A stretch of DNA of 64,000 bases from Scenedesmus sp. PABB004 (Eukaryota). Shown here in pieces: positions 22,271 to 36,727 of the stretch. Both the position numbers and the translations under genes were made by a program. Location: the NCBI GenBank assembly GCA_014905635.1, contig JABVCE010000009.1, forward strand, positions 682,001 to 746,000. Reading direction: 5' to 3'. The notes under the pieces were generated by a model that did no database searches, was not told where the DNA came from, and saw nothing but the letters and a program-made list of their open reading frames with translations. Position 1 is the stretch's first letter. Every line of letters starts with the position of its first letter.

Positions 22271-24929
22271 TCAGTCGGCGCGGCGCCCGGCGCTCGCGCA
22301 GCTGCTGGCGCTGCTGAACCACACGTCCGAGCCGGCGCTGCCGCGTGGCGAACCGGGGCCGTTGAACGCGGTGCCAATGAGGGACGCCTCGGTCAGCGTG
22401 GCGCTGGCCGCGTTGAGGCTCCGCGTGGCGCCGCCGCCGCTGGCGCCGCCGCCGAGCTTGGCCGCCACGGCCGGCGTGCGGGCGCCGCCGGCGTCGCCGC
22501 CGGCGCCGGGCGCGGGCGGCGGCGCGCCGCTTTCCTCGCCGCCACGGCCGCCGCGGCCGCGCGCGCGCAGGCGCTGGACCTGGTGCGCCAGCAGGCCGGC
22601 CGCCGCGCCGGCGGGGTGGCGCCAGAAGCCGACAAACTTGCCGACGTCAAACATCGCGATCGGCCCGGCGGGGCCGGCGTGCGGGTGCGCGACGTAGACC
22701 TGCACGGATCGGCGGCGGCGCGGTTGGCGCGTTGGCACAGGCGCAAGGATCTTGCGCGCGCGCACCGCCCGGCTGCGGCGCGGCTCGCGGCGCGGCGCGG
22801 CGCGCGCGCGAGCTCGCCTGCGTGTAGGTCACGGCGGGGTCCTCGTAGCGCCCGCCGTGCAGGCCCGCGCCGTACTTGGCCTTGGCGGCGGCGAGGGGCT
22901 TGTAGGGATAGAAAGCGCCGCCGAGGCGGAAGCTCAGCTCCAGCGCAGAGCGCACCTGCGCGGCGCGCGAGTGGGAGCGGGGACCGGGGGCGGGGACCAG
23001 GGGCGGGCGGGAGCGGGCGTCGGCCGCCTGGCAGGGGCGCGAAGCAGGCGGCGTGCCGCGGGCCGGCGGGCCGGCCGCGCGAGGGCGGCAGGCCGTGCGA
23101 GGGCGGCGGCGCGCGCCTTGGGGTTGTGGCGGAAGCGGGTGTCGTCCATCTGGTGGAAGGGCGACAGCCCGAGCGAGAGGAAGCGCGGCCCCGCGGCGCC
23201 GCGCGGCGCGGCCGCCTCCGTGCCGCCCGGCGCCGCCTGGTCGCGGCCGCCCGCGGCGCACGCGTCGCTGCCGCCGCAGTCGTCGCCCGCGGCCGCCGCG
23301 GCGGCGGCCGCCGCGGCGGCGGCCGCCGCCGCGGCCTTGCGCCGCGTCGAGCGCCGCACGCTCAGCTTCTTGGCGGGCGCCGCCAGGTGCGCCTCGGCGC
23401 GCACGCTGCGGCGTGGCGCGGGGCAGCGTGGGCGGCGGCGCGGGCGTCCGACCTCCGCAACAGGGCGGCGGCGGCGGCCGGCGCGCGTGCTGGGCGGCGG
23501 CGCTGGGCGGCGGCGGCGCGCACGTGTCGATGAAGTGCTTGACGATGAGGTTGAGCACGCCCGGGTGCGCGTGGGGCGCCATGCGCGTGACGTTGGCGTA
23601 CCAGCCCGCCACGGCGCCGCCCTCCCACACGGCGTCAAAGAAGATGAAGCCGAGCAGCCGCCCGCCTGCGTCGCGCGCGACCAGCTTGCGCACGCCCGGC
23701 TCGGGCGCAAACACGGGCAGGCGGTTGATGAACCACACGCGGCCTGGCGACCCGGGGCGGGCAGGCACACGGGCGCACGCGGGTCAGCGCTGGCTGCCGC
23801 GGCGGCCAGCGGGCGTGCTGGCCATGGCCTAGGCGCGCCGCGCTGCCAGCGCGGCGCGGCGGCTCACCCGCGTGCCTGCCCTTGCGAGCGACCCAGGCGC
23901 TGTCCACGCCGGCCATCTCCGCCGCCAGGCCGCGCCAGTCGTCGCCGCTCTCGTCGTCGGCGCGCAGTACCTCGTGCACGGTGATGCCGCTCTTGGCGGC
24001 CGAGGCAATGGCGCTGCGCAGCCCGCGCTTGGCGTGGCCTGCCGGGCGCGCGCGCGGGCGGGCGGGCGGCGGTCGGCGGGCGGCGGGCGAGGGGGACAGC
24101 GGCCCGCGGCGCGCCGCGGCGCGTGCGTCAGCGCTGCCGGCCTCACCTGCAAAGGTGTAGGTGGCCAGGTCGAGCTGCGTCTCGCCGCCCACCGAGTTGA
24201 TGAGCAGGCCCTGGGCCTGCAGCACCTCCGCAAACTCGGCGCTGATCTGGTGATCGTTGCGGCGGCGGCAGTGCGTGAGCGGCGGCGCGGCCTGCCGCGG
24301 CAGCTGGCGGCCACCCTGGCCACGCCCCTTCCCGGCGCGCGCCTGCAGGAAGATGGCCTTGGGGTGCTGGCGCAGGAAGGCCGCCGCCAGGTCGCCCACG
24401 TGCTCGCGCGCGCACACGGGGTCGCCCAGCGCGACGGGCGTGAGGATGCGCAGCAGCTCGGGGCCGTTGAACATGAGCGCGTACGCGATGTACCCCACGC
24501 CAGGCACCACAAAGTGGCTCAGCCCCGGCTGCAGCGTCGACGCCGCCAGGATGCCGCGCCCGTGCGCGCGCAGGTGCGGCAGCAGCTCGCCGGGGCTGGC
24601 GGTCACGCGACCGCCCCGCGGCGGCGGCGCGCCGCCCGGTCGGAGCTGCCGCTGTGACGATGCGCGGGCGGCGGCTGGCGCGTGAGGGCGGAGCCGCGCC
24701 GGCCGCAGGCGGCCCTGGGCCCGCGCAGCCGCCGCGCCCGCTGCCGCACCTTCAGCGCCGCCTTGGCCGCCGCGCGGCCGGCGGCTTGGTCGCCGCGCCG
24801 CGCCGCGGCCGCGTCGCGGGCGCCGGTGTTGACGTCCCCGCGCGCGTCAGGGCTCGCGAAGCCCGCCTCGCCACCGCCGGGCGCGACCGCCCTCGCCCCG
24901 CCAGCGCCGCAGCCGCCGAAGCACTGCAT
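22271..24929 (-). CDS. Stand-alone DUF2156 / MprF C-terminal domain protein, paralog B
   Basis: Starts MQCFGGCGAGG; same core as paralog A; diverged C-terminus FYPYKPLAAAKAKYGAGLHGGRYEDPAVTYTQ|VYVAHPH...MFDVGKFVGFWRHP. Confidence 0.8.
23141..24600 (-). repeat. Right arm of ~1.46-kb inverted repeat (partner 18739-20204)
   Basis: Direct comparison of the two arms. Confidence 0.95.
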
Positions 24930-25536
24930 GGCGCCCGAAGGCTGTGGCGTGCCTTTGACGGGCGGATGCGCCGCGCTCCGCGGCCGCACGCGGCGGATCA
25001 GCGCGGCCCCGGCGCTGGGGGATGTGATGGGCGGCCTCCTGGCCTGCTACGCCGCGCGCTGGGCCCGGCTAGGCGCGGGAGGGACCGCGGTGCTACGGGG
25101 AAGCGATCGGCGCGAGCGGTGTGGCCGGCTGGATTGTTCACGCGCGGGTCGGGTGGGCGGGTTCTTCTCACTGCCCGCGTTCCACGCCAGCGCGCGGCCC
25201 TAGCGCGCTGCGCCCGCAGCTGGACGCACAGCCCCGGTGCGATCGGGCTGCCGCGCCGCCGCTGCGCAGCGGCCACGCGGCAAGCTGCTGCTGCGGGTCA
25301 CCCGGCGCGCGCATGTGTAGGAGGCTCGCGCGCGGTGCCGCGGCCGCTGCCCGTTGCCGATCGTCCGAGACCGTGCGCTCACGCGCAACGCCGCGCAACA
25401 CCCGCGCCCGGCGCGGCCGGCGGCGGCGGCGTCACCGCCGCGGCGGCACACAGCGCGCGCGCGCGCGCTCCGCCCACGCGCGCACACACACACACACACA
25501 CACGCCAGCGCGGCGCGGCAGCCCCCGGCTCCCGGC

Positions 25537-28500
25537 TCAGAACACCATGCCCACCGGCCCGCCGGCGCGCCGCGGCGGCGGCGCGGGCGCGCCGAGCTGC
25601 TCGCCGTCGGCCGCCGCGAGCGCGAGGTGGTCGGCCAGCCCCGCGCCCAGCAGCTCGCCCCAGAGGCCCAGCAGCTCGGCCTCGCGCGCCTTGCCCGCCG
25701 CGCCCGCGCGCGCCGCGCCGGCGGCGAGGCTCGCGTGCAGCAGCTCGAGCTGGCCCAGCGGCAGCCACGCCGCGGCCGGCGCGCCGCGCAGCAGCGCGCC
25801 CTGCGCCTGCCAGCCGTCCAGGTGCGCCTTGGCGAGCGCCGCGGCGTCGACCAGGCGGCCGTGCTTGACCAGCACGCGCAGCAGGCCCGCGGGGTCGGCG
25901 CCGCCGCCGGCCATCGCGCCCGGCCGGCCCGGCGCCGGCGCAAACGGCGCGAGCAGCCACGGCGGCAGCTCGAGCGCCGCGTCCGCGCCGAGCGCGCCGT
26001 CCACGGCCGCGAGGCGCAGCCGGCCGCCGAGCGCGCTCACGCCCGCGCCGGGGCCGCCAGCCGCGCCGCCGTCGTCGCCCGCGGCATCATCGTACAGCTC
26101 GAGCACGCCGCGCAGCCGCGCCCACGCCGGCGCGGCGGGGCTGCCGAGGAGGCCCGGGCCCGTGAACGTCGCCGGCCCGCCGCGCAGGCCCTCGGCCGCG
26201 CCGCCGCCGCCGGGCGCGAACAGCATGCCGCCGCCGCCGCCGGGGCCGTCGGCGGCGGCGCCGCCGTCCTGCAGGCCCGCGACGGCCGCGGCGAGCGCGC
26301 CGACGACGCGCTCGAGCCTGCCCGGCAGCGCGCCGCCGCCGCCCCAGGCCGCGTGCGCGAGGCGCAGCGCGTCGGCATACAGCCCCGCGCCGAGCAGCTG
26401 GTCAAGCAGGTAGTCCCCAGCGAGGCCGTACCCCATGGCCTCGAGCCCCGGCAGCGCGGACAGCAGCGCCGCGCCCGCGGCGAAGAGCGCCGCCTCGGCG
26501 CGCAGCGCGCGCAGCGACACGACCGGCAGCGCGCGCGACAGCGGCGCGAGCGAGCGCAGCCCCGCGCCGCCGCCCGGCGGCGCCGAGTCGACGCGCGGCG
26601 GCGGCGCGGGGTACGGCGCGAGCAGCGGCTGCTCCGCGTCCAGCCAGGCGTCGGCGGGCGCGAGCAGCTGCAGCGCCGCGATCGCCGCGTCTGCGGGGCG
26701 CGGCCGCGCGCGGCGGCGAGCGGCGGTGAGCCGCGGGCTGGGGCCGCCAAGCGCGGCAGCGGCGGCGGCGGCGGCGCGCACCGTACGCCGCCGACACCTC
26801 CGCCGCAGTCTGCTCCAGGTCGCCGCCGCCGCGCCCGCCGGCGGCCGCGGCGCGCAGGCGGCGCGCGAGGCTGAGCATCGCCGCGGACGCGTGCTTGTGG
26901 GCGCCGCGGGAGACGAGGAAGTCATACAGCACGTGGTGCGGGCTGGCCGCGCCGCCGAGCTCGGCGTGCAGCGCGCGGCGCACGAGCGTGTCGGTCACGA
27001 CCTGCGGCGCGCGTGAGGCGCGCGGCGCGCGTGAGGCGCGCGGCGCGCGTGAGCGGCGCGGCGCGCGCGGGCGGCACGGTGCGGGGCGAAGTGCCGGGCG
27101 CGTCCAGGGCGCGGCGAGAGCGGGGCGCGCGCACCTCGACGACCGGCACCGGCTCCGCGACGCCGCCGCGCGGCAGCGCGAGCACGCCCGCCCAGGGCAG
27201 CGAGAGCAGCAGGCGCGGCTGGCCGCGCTCGAGCAGCGCCTGCGCGAGCCGGCGCAGCGCCTCCGCCGCGCGCTCGGGCAGCGGGTTGGCCAGCGCCGCG
27301 GTGTAGGCGTCGGCGATGAGGTCAAGCTCCACCGCGTAGTTGAACACCGCCGTCCACAGCGACGCTGCGGAACGTGGCAGCGGCGGGGCGGCGGCGGCGG
27401 CAGCGGCGGCGACGGCGGCGTGAGCGCGGGCCGGCGGGCGGCGCGGCGACGGGGCGCGAGGCGACGGCGGGGCGGCGCGCGGCGGCGGCGCGGCCGGCGT
27501 GCGGGACCGCGGCGCGCACCCTGCTGCGCCTCCTTGGCGGCCGCGCCGCCGGGGCCCGGTGCGCGCCGTCGACGCAGCCGAGCGCGGCGCGGGCAAACGC
27601 GAGCGCGCCCTCCGCGACGCCCTCGCGCTCAAACAGATCCATCACGGCGAGGCAGAAGCGCAGGCGCAGTGCCGCCTCCGCCGCGGCGCCGCCGCCGCCG
27701 CCGCCGTCGCCGCCGCCGTCGGTCTCCATGTCCGCCTCGCCGCCGGCGTCGGCGCGCGCGCCGCCGTCGGCGCCCGGCGCTCGCCCCTGGCGCGCGCGCA
27801 GCAGGCCCAGCACGAGGCGCAGCGGGCCCGCGTCCTCGCCGCAGAGCCCCGCCGCGGCGCGGAAGAGGTGCCCGACCGCCGAGTCGAGCGCGCCGAGCGC
27901 CGCGGTGCCGCCGCCGCCGCCGCCGGCGCCGCGGCCGGGCGCGGCCTTGAGCCCGCACGCGACGCTCAGCCCCAGCACAAACTGCAGCCCCGGCTCCGCG
28001 GGGTCGGCGCCGCCGACGAGGGCCACCAGGTCGCGCATCGCCGCGTACTCGCGGCATTCAAACAGCCGGTACCCCAGCAGCACCGCGCGGCCCGCGAGCC
28101 CGCGGCCGTCCGACACCGCGGCGGCCGCGCCGCCGCCGGCGCCGGCATCGCCGCCGCCGCCGAGCGCCGCGCCGCCGGCGCCGCCGAGCATGAGCCACAC
28201 GCCGAGCGCGCCGCCAAGCGCGCCGAGCTGGCCGCCCACGCCGCGCGCGGCGGCAACGGCGGCGGCGCCCTGCTGCTCCCAGAACTGCGGCAGCAGGTGG
28301 CACGCGAGCGGAAACTGCCAGGGCTGCGGCGCGGCGGCAGCGCCGCCGCCGGCGGCGCTCGCCACCACCGGCGTCGCCAGCAGGCCGACGCTGCCGCCGC
28401 CACCGCCGCCGTCGCCCCGCGGCGTGCTCGCGGGCGTGCCTGACGGCGTGGGGTTGCGCAGGCCGAGCAGCGGCCCCGGCACGGCGGGCGCGCCGCCGCC

Positions 28501-31500
28501 GAGCGCGCCGGCCTCTGCACCCGGCACGGGCGCCGAGGCGGGGGTTTTGCACAGCCACAGCGCCGCCGCCGCCGAGCGCAGCGCGGTGGCCAGCGGCGGG
28601 ATGAGGTCGGCGCTGATGGCGGCCTGGTCGGCCGCGGCGAGCGGCGCGCCGCAGCTGCCCAGCTGCCGCAGCACGCCCAGCAGCAGCAGCAGCTGCTGCA
28701 GCGTCGCGCACGCCGCGCGCAGCGTGTGCAGCGCGACGCTCGCCAGCAGCGCGCTGAGCTGCGGCCCCGGCGCGCCGCCGGCGCCGTCGGTCGTGCTGCC
28801 CGAGCCGCCCAGCTGCACCGACGCCGTGGCGGTCTTCACGGCCAGCTCGGCCACGCCGCTGCGGCCGGGGCGCGGCCAGGGCGGGCGGGGCGCGGTGAGC
28901 GGCTGCGCGGGCGCGACGCGGGCGGGGTGGTGCTGCCACCGCCAGCCGCGCCCTGGCGGGCGCACCTGAGCGCCTCGAGCGCGTGCGGCAGGTCTGCGAG
29001 CTGCTCCTGCACCGCCAGCAGCTGCGCCTGCCGGCGCTCGCGCCACTCCGCGAGCCGCGCGGCCGCGCCGGCGCCGCCGGCGCCGGCCGGCGGGCCCTGC
29101 AGCAGCAGCTCCACAAACTTTGGCAGCAGCTCGCCCTCGACCGCGACGCCTGCGGCGCGGGGGCGTGAGTGAGGCAGGCGCGAGGCCGTCCGCGCCAGCC
29201 AGCGCAGCAGCGCCCGCGGGCCGCAGCAGGCGAGGGCGCACCTGCCATGACCAGCTGCGTCATCGCCCGCAGCGCGGGCTGGCCCAGCATGTCCCCCACG
29301 GTGCCGAGGCACAGCTGCACCTTGGCCAGCGCAGCGGCGCCGCCAGGGATGCCCGAGGTTCCCGACGCCCCAGCGAGCTGGCGCGGCGGCGGCGGCGGCG
29401 GCGGCGGCGGGCGACGGAGTGGGCGGCGGCGTCGGGCCCCGGGCGCGTGGCCGGGCTCGGCGCGGCCGCGGCCCCGCCGGCGGCGCGCGGGCGACAGCGC
29501 CGCGGCGCCCGCGTGCGCACCTGCAGCACGTCGGCCAGCGCGCGCTGGCTGCCCTGCTGCTGCGCGAGCACCTCGGCCGGCGACGGCCGCCGCAGCGCGG
29601 TGAGCAGGCCGCCTGCCCGCACGCAGCCGAGCCAGCCGCCGGGCGCCGCATAGAGGGCCAGCACGCCGTGCTGCTGCTGCCAGGCCTCGCAGTACGTCGC
29701 AAACAGCGCGTGCCAGCAGCGCGCGTCGCCGTGGCTGGGGCGGCGCGCGGAGATGAGGGACACCGCGGCGGTGATGCGCGCCTGCGCGCGCGGCGCGCGG
29801 CGCGGCGGCGGCGGGCGCGTGACGGGCCGCGCTGCCGGCCCTCGAGAGCCGCACTGGCGTGCGGGCGCGCGGACGCGCCACGCGCCTTGAGCTGCGCCAG
29901 CGTCGCGCCCGCCGCCTCAGTCTCGGTGAGCGCCGCGCCGTGGTACGCGAGCGCCTGGCGCAGCGACGCCAGGCAGAGCTGCCCCGGCACCAGCAGCTGC
30001 CCCAGCACCTGCGCCGCCGGCGACGTGGCGCCGGGGAAGGCGGCGAGCGCGCACGCCCACAGCTCCTGCGCGGGGGACGTGTGGGAGGGGGGGGGGGTGG
30101 CGGCAGCGCGGCGGCGTCGGCGGCGCGCCGGGTCGTGCTGCCGCCGCCGCCGCAGCGCGGCGACCCCGCCGGCCTGGCGGGCGGCCCACCTCGGGCACGC
30201 CCCACTCCGACGAGGCGCGCTGCTGCAGCAGCTGGCAGCGCCCCTGGTAGGCCCAGTCGCGGGTGCTGTAGGTCACGAGGCAGCAGCCGCCGGCCTTGCT
30301 CGCGCACAGCAGCAGCAGCTGCCCCCCCTCCAGCCGCGCGTCCAGCAGGCTCGCGTCCGGCCACTCCAGCTGCAGCGCCGCCGGCGCGGCGAGCGCGGGC
30401 TCGAGCCGCCCGCCCGCGGCGCCGCCGCCGGGCGCCGCCTCCTGCAGCCGCAGCGGCAGCACGCGCACGTCGCTCTGCCCGCTGCCGTCCGACGGGCGCA
30501 GGTCGAACACGAGCAGCGCGTCCCAGCCGACGCTGCCGCCACCACGGCCGCCGCCGCCGCCGCCACGGCCGCCGCAGAGCACCACGCGGCCCGGGCGCAG
30601 CTGCCGCGCGCCCGCGTCGGGCGCGAGGCTCGCCGAGAGGCCCTGCCGGCCCGCCGGCAGCGCCCACTGGTGCGCCGCAGCGTCCTCGTGCACGATGATC
30701 AGCGACTCGTGCCCCGGCAGCGACAGCGGCAGCGCCGCGACGACGCCGCTGCTCGCGGCGAAGCCCATGCGCCGCCGCACCTGCACCACCAGCGAGCTGG
30801 GGCACAGCTCCTGCACCGCGCCGGGGCCGGGCGCGTCGCCGCGCGCGAGCGCCGACAGCGGCAGGCACGCGACGCTGCCGCCGCTGCCGCCGACGCAGAG
30901 CTGCCCGCCCGCCACGGCGAGCGCCGTGGGCGCGCCGAGCGACGCCAGCTGCGGCCCCAGCGGCACGACCACCAGGCTGCCCGGGGCGATGCAGTCGAGC
31001 AGGCTGCCGCCGCCGCCGCCGCCGCCGCCGCGCGGCCGCGCGCGCTGGCCGCCGCCGGGCAGCGGCAGGCGCAGCACCGCGACTGCGCGGCTGCTGAGCA
31101 GCAGGAAGAGGCAGAGGGCGTGCTCGTCGGCGCTGTGCGCGAGCGCGGGGAAGACCTGCCCCGGGATCGCGAGCCGCACGCCGCGCCCGACCTGGCCGCC
31201 CGCGAGGCAGACCTCGGCGAGCGAGAGCGTCGACGCGTTGTGGTTGGCGAGGTGCCAGTGCAGCTGCCGCGCCGGCGCGCCCGGCGCGGGCGGCAGCGCC
31301 ACGCAGCCGCCTGCGGCGGTTGGCGGCGGCAGCAGCGGCAGCAGCGGGCGCGCGCGGCGTCGGGCGCGGCGCTGCGCGCGTGCGGCGCCCGCCGCGGCGC
31401 CGCGGCGCTGCGTCCGGGCGGATCAGGCCGTCCCGGCGGCTCACCGCTGTCCTGCGGCAGGAAGAGCCATCGGGAGGCGTCGTTGTGCGAAGCGCCCGCC

Positions 31501-31565
31501 GCGCCAGTGGGCACGTCGCGGAAGGCGCCCGCCGCGACGTGCCGGCTCTCCACGAGGCGCTCCAT
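25537..31565 (-). CDS. NUP160: Nucleoporin Nup160/Nup120
   Basis: C-terminal blocks LWTAVFNYAVELDLIADAYTAALANP...LRRLAQALLERG...LPWAG, VLYDFLVSRG..HASAAMLSLARRL, LELPPWLL..F, DPAGLLRVLVKHGRLVDAA, WLPLGQLELL resemble plant NUP160; beta-rich N-terminus; large multi-exon gene. Confidence 0.8.
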
Positions 31566-32104
31566 GATTCACCGGGAGCGCCTAGCGCGCGGCCATGAGG
31601 TGATCGGCCCGGCCGGCGCCGCGCGCGAGCCGATCGTCTGGCGTCGGCCCCCGACGCAGCCGTGCGCGTTGGGCAACGGACGGCTGAGTGTGTGGCGCTG
31701 TGAGGATGGTGCCTCCTCCGGCGCGGCGCAGCCTGCGCCTGCCGTGCTCTGCTGCCGCTGCGGCGCAGCGGCTGTGTGTCGCGCGCGGCTTGAACCTTCG
31801 TCGTCGGCGAATCGCCGCCGCAGCGCGGCAGAGCGCCGTCCCACCTGCACTCCACACCGTCGCTCGCCCTGAACCAGCTCCAGCAGCAACAGCAGCCGCG
31901 GCAGCAGCCGCCGCAGGAGCAGCAGCAGCCGCGGCCGCCGCCGTCGGCCGGCCGGGACCGCGTCCATCAGCGCGCCCCCGCACCTGCGCCACCTGACGCG
32001 CGCCGACCGCGGCGCTCGCGCGACCTCCTCAGCGCCCGACGCGCCGAGAGGGCGGCCCATCGGGCTCGAGCGGGGGCTGCCCTGCCCCGGCGAGCCCCGG
32101 CGCG

Positions 32105-34012
<1,908 letters not shown>

Positions 34013-34167
34013 GCGCCGCCGCGGGGCAGGGGCAGGCGAGCGGGCGCGGGGAGGGGCAGGGCAGCAGGGAGGGAGCGGCGAGGCGCGGTGAGAGACGCGC
34101 GCGGGCCCAGGGGGGCGGTTGCGTTGCAACGCGAGTCCCATGCGCGCGAGCGCCACCGGCCCCCGCC

Positions 34168-36677
34168 TCACGCGCCGCCGGCGCTCGCCGCCCCGGCCGC
34201 GGCCGCCGCGCTCGTCGCCTGCGCGTCGAACCGCCGCCACGGCGCGGCGGCGACCATCTCCTTGCTGCGCCGCGTGAGCTCCGCCGCGTAGGGGTGCGCG
34301 CGGCGCGGCCGCCACGCGGCGAGCGCCTCGGCGAGCGCCGCGCGCGGCGCGGGGCCGGCCGCCGCCTTGGCGAGCTGCGCGGCCACGACGTGCCGCCACC
34401 AGAAGTCGGCCATCGCCTGCGCGCGAGGGGCGCGCGAGGGAGGCGCGCGGGCTCGCGCTGCGCCGCCGCCGCGGGCGCGCCCGGCGGCCCCCCGCCCTCT
34501 CTCTCTCTCTCTCGCGCGCGCTGCAGACGTTGTGCCGCGCGGCGCTGCGCCAGGCTCTGTCGTCACAGCACACGACCACAGGCCTCACAGCAGCACGTGC
34601 CTCACCTGGAACATTAGACCAAAGTACTCGCGGTCGCGGTGCACGAGCGTCATCGCGCTTCCCCCGCCCTCGCTCCAGTAGTACACGACCGCCCACTCGC
34701 GGTCGAGCACCTCGCACAGCAGCTGCACCTGCGCGCCGCGGCGGCGCGGTCGGCGCGGCGCGGTCGGCACAGCGCGGTCGGTGCGGCGCGGTCGGCACAG
34801 CGCGGCGCGCGCGCCGGCGGTGGTGGCGCCCGCGCCAGCCCGCCAGGCGCGACGGCCCAGCGCGCCCAGTGCCGCCCGCCGCGCCTGGGGCATGTAGTAC
34901 CAGTCCGGCTTGCCCGGCGCCGCGGGCGACCGCCCCGCCGCCGCCGCGCCGGCGCTGCACTTCCAGGGGCACTTGATCTCCAGCACGCCGTGCGCCGAGG
35001 GGCCTGGCGGCGGCGCGGCGGCGCGGCGGCGCGGCGCGTGAGGCTCCCGCGGGGCGGCCGGGCGCGGGCGCGGGCGCTGTGTGTGGGGGTTGGGGGGGGG
35101 GGGGGCGTGGGCACGCGCTTGCGCGTACGCGCACCTGCGTGCTGCCGCACCCACGCCGCGACCTCGGCGTCCGCCGGCTCGCCGCCGCCGCCGCCGCCGC
35201 CCGTGTCGGTGATGAGGCCGTCCGGCGACGCCGCGAGCCAGCCGTGCGCATCGTCGTCGCGCCACACGCGCAGGCCCAGCGGCCGCACGTCGTGCGTGCG
35301 CGTGAGCGCGGTGTACGCCGCCAGCGCGGTCGGCTCGTGCCGCGTGCCATAGACCATCTTCTCGTTTGCTGCGCAGCGCCGGCGGCGGCGGCGGCGGCGG
35401 CGCCGGGCGCCGCGTCAGCGCGGAGAGCCGCCGGCGCGGCACGACGCGGGCAGCGCGCGCGGCTCGTGCAGCGCGGCGCGAGCGGAGCGGCGCGCACGCG
35501 GCGGCGGGTCCTGGAGCTTCAGCTTCTCCGCCCACACGCGCTCGGGGTCGGGCTGCTGCTGCGCCCGGGCAAAGGAGCCAAACATGTCCAGCACGTTGGC
35601 GATGGCGCTGCCCGTCATGCGCCCCGCGCGCAGCGCGAGCCACTCGGGCCTGACGCGCCGCGGCGCGCGGCGGTGCGCAGCGGGCGGTGAGCGGAACGGG
35701 CGCGGCTTGAGCGCCGCGGCGCCGCGGCGCTGCGCGGCCCCGGGCGCGCGCCCTCCGCCGGCGCGCGCGCGCTTGCTCACGAGCGCTGGTCGACGTCGCC
35801 GTGGTCGCCGGCCGGGCTCGCCGCGGCGGCGCTGCGCGCCGCGCGCGCCGCCGCGACAAACGCCTGCCACGCGTCGTCGCTGCGCTGCGCGCGCGCGGCG
35901 CGCGCAGCGCCCGCGTCGCCGCCGCCCGCGGCCTCGTCGTCCGAGTCGGGCTCGAGCGCGTCCGTGGTGAGCATCGCCCCTGCCTGCCCGCCGCCGCCGG
36001 GCGCCGCGAGCGCAGCCGCCGCCGCGGCGCCGTGCACGCCGCGGCCGCCCGTGCCGTACGCGGCGCCCACCCCTGCGGCGGCGCGGGTGGCCGCCGGGGG
36101 CGGCGCCGCCCCGGCCGCGGCGGCGCCCTCGGGCGTGAGCTCTGGCGGAAAGGCCCAATAGAGCTGCCAGGCGGGCACGACCTGCCCCGGCGGCAGGCGC
36201 GGCATGGGGTGGTGCGGCGCCGGCTCGCCGTGCCGCGGCGCGCGGCTGTGCAGCAGGCCGCGCGGCGGCGGCGCGACGACGCTCCGCGCGCGCGCCGGCT
36301 GCGGGCTGGCCGCGCGCGGCGGCGCCGGCGCGGGCGCGGACGCGGCACGCTGCGGCGGCGGCGGAGGCGGCGACGCGGGCCGCGGCCCCGCCGGCGCCAG
36401 CGCGGGCGGCTGCACCTGCTGCAGCAGCTGCTGCTGCGCCGCCTGCAGCTGCTGCGCCGCCTGGTGAAGCTGCTGCTCCGCCTGCGGCAGCATGGGCTGC
36501 TGCTGCTGCGGCGGCGGCGCCGGGGACAGGGACATCGACCGCCGGGCCGCGGGCCACGCCTGAGCACGCCGCCTGGCAGCGGACCGCCGCGCACCAGGGC
36601 AGAGCCAGCCGCGCTCGCGGCGGTCGGCGCTGAGGGCTGCGGCGGCGCCGCCGGCTGCGGCGGCAGCGATGGTGGGA

Positions 36678-36727
<50 letters not shown>

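Noticed and set aside
18739..24600. Inverted repeat as transposon TIRs
   Set aside because: The arms are internal parts of two paralogous genes; no transposase or target-site duplication seen
28058..31855. Very long Arg/Ala/Pro-rich ORFs (1265, 1091, 1067, 825 aa etc.)
   Set aside because: Stop-poor shadow frames and intron read-through caused by extreme GC; real exons lie in changing frames
34168..35660. YqaJ domain as a prophage or endogenous virus
   Set aside because: Has host-type spliceosomal introns and GC content, and no viral genes nearby; YqaJ-like genes are known in plants
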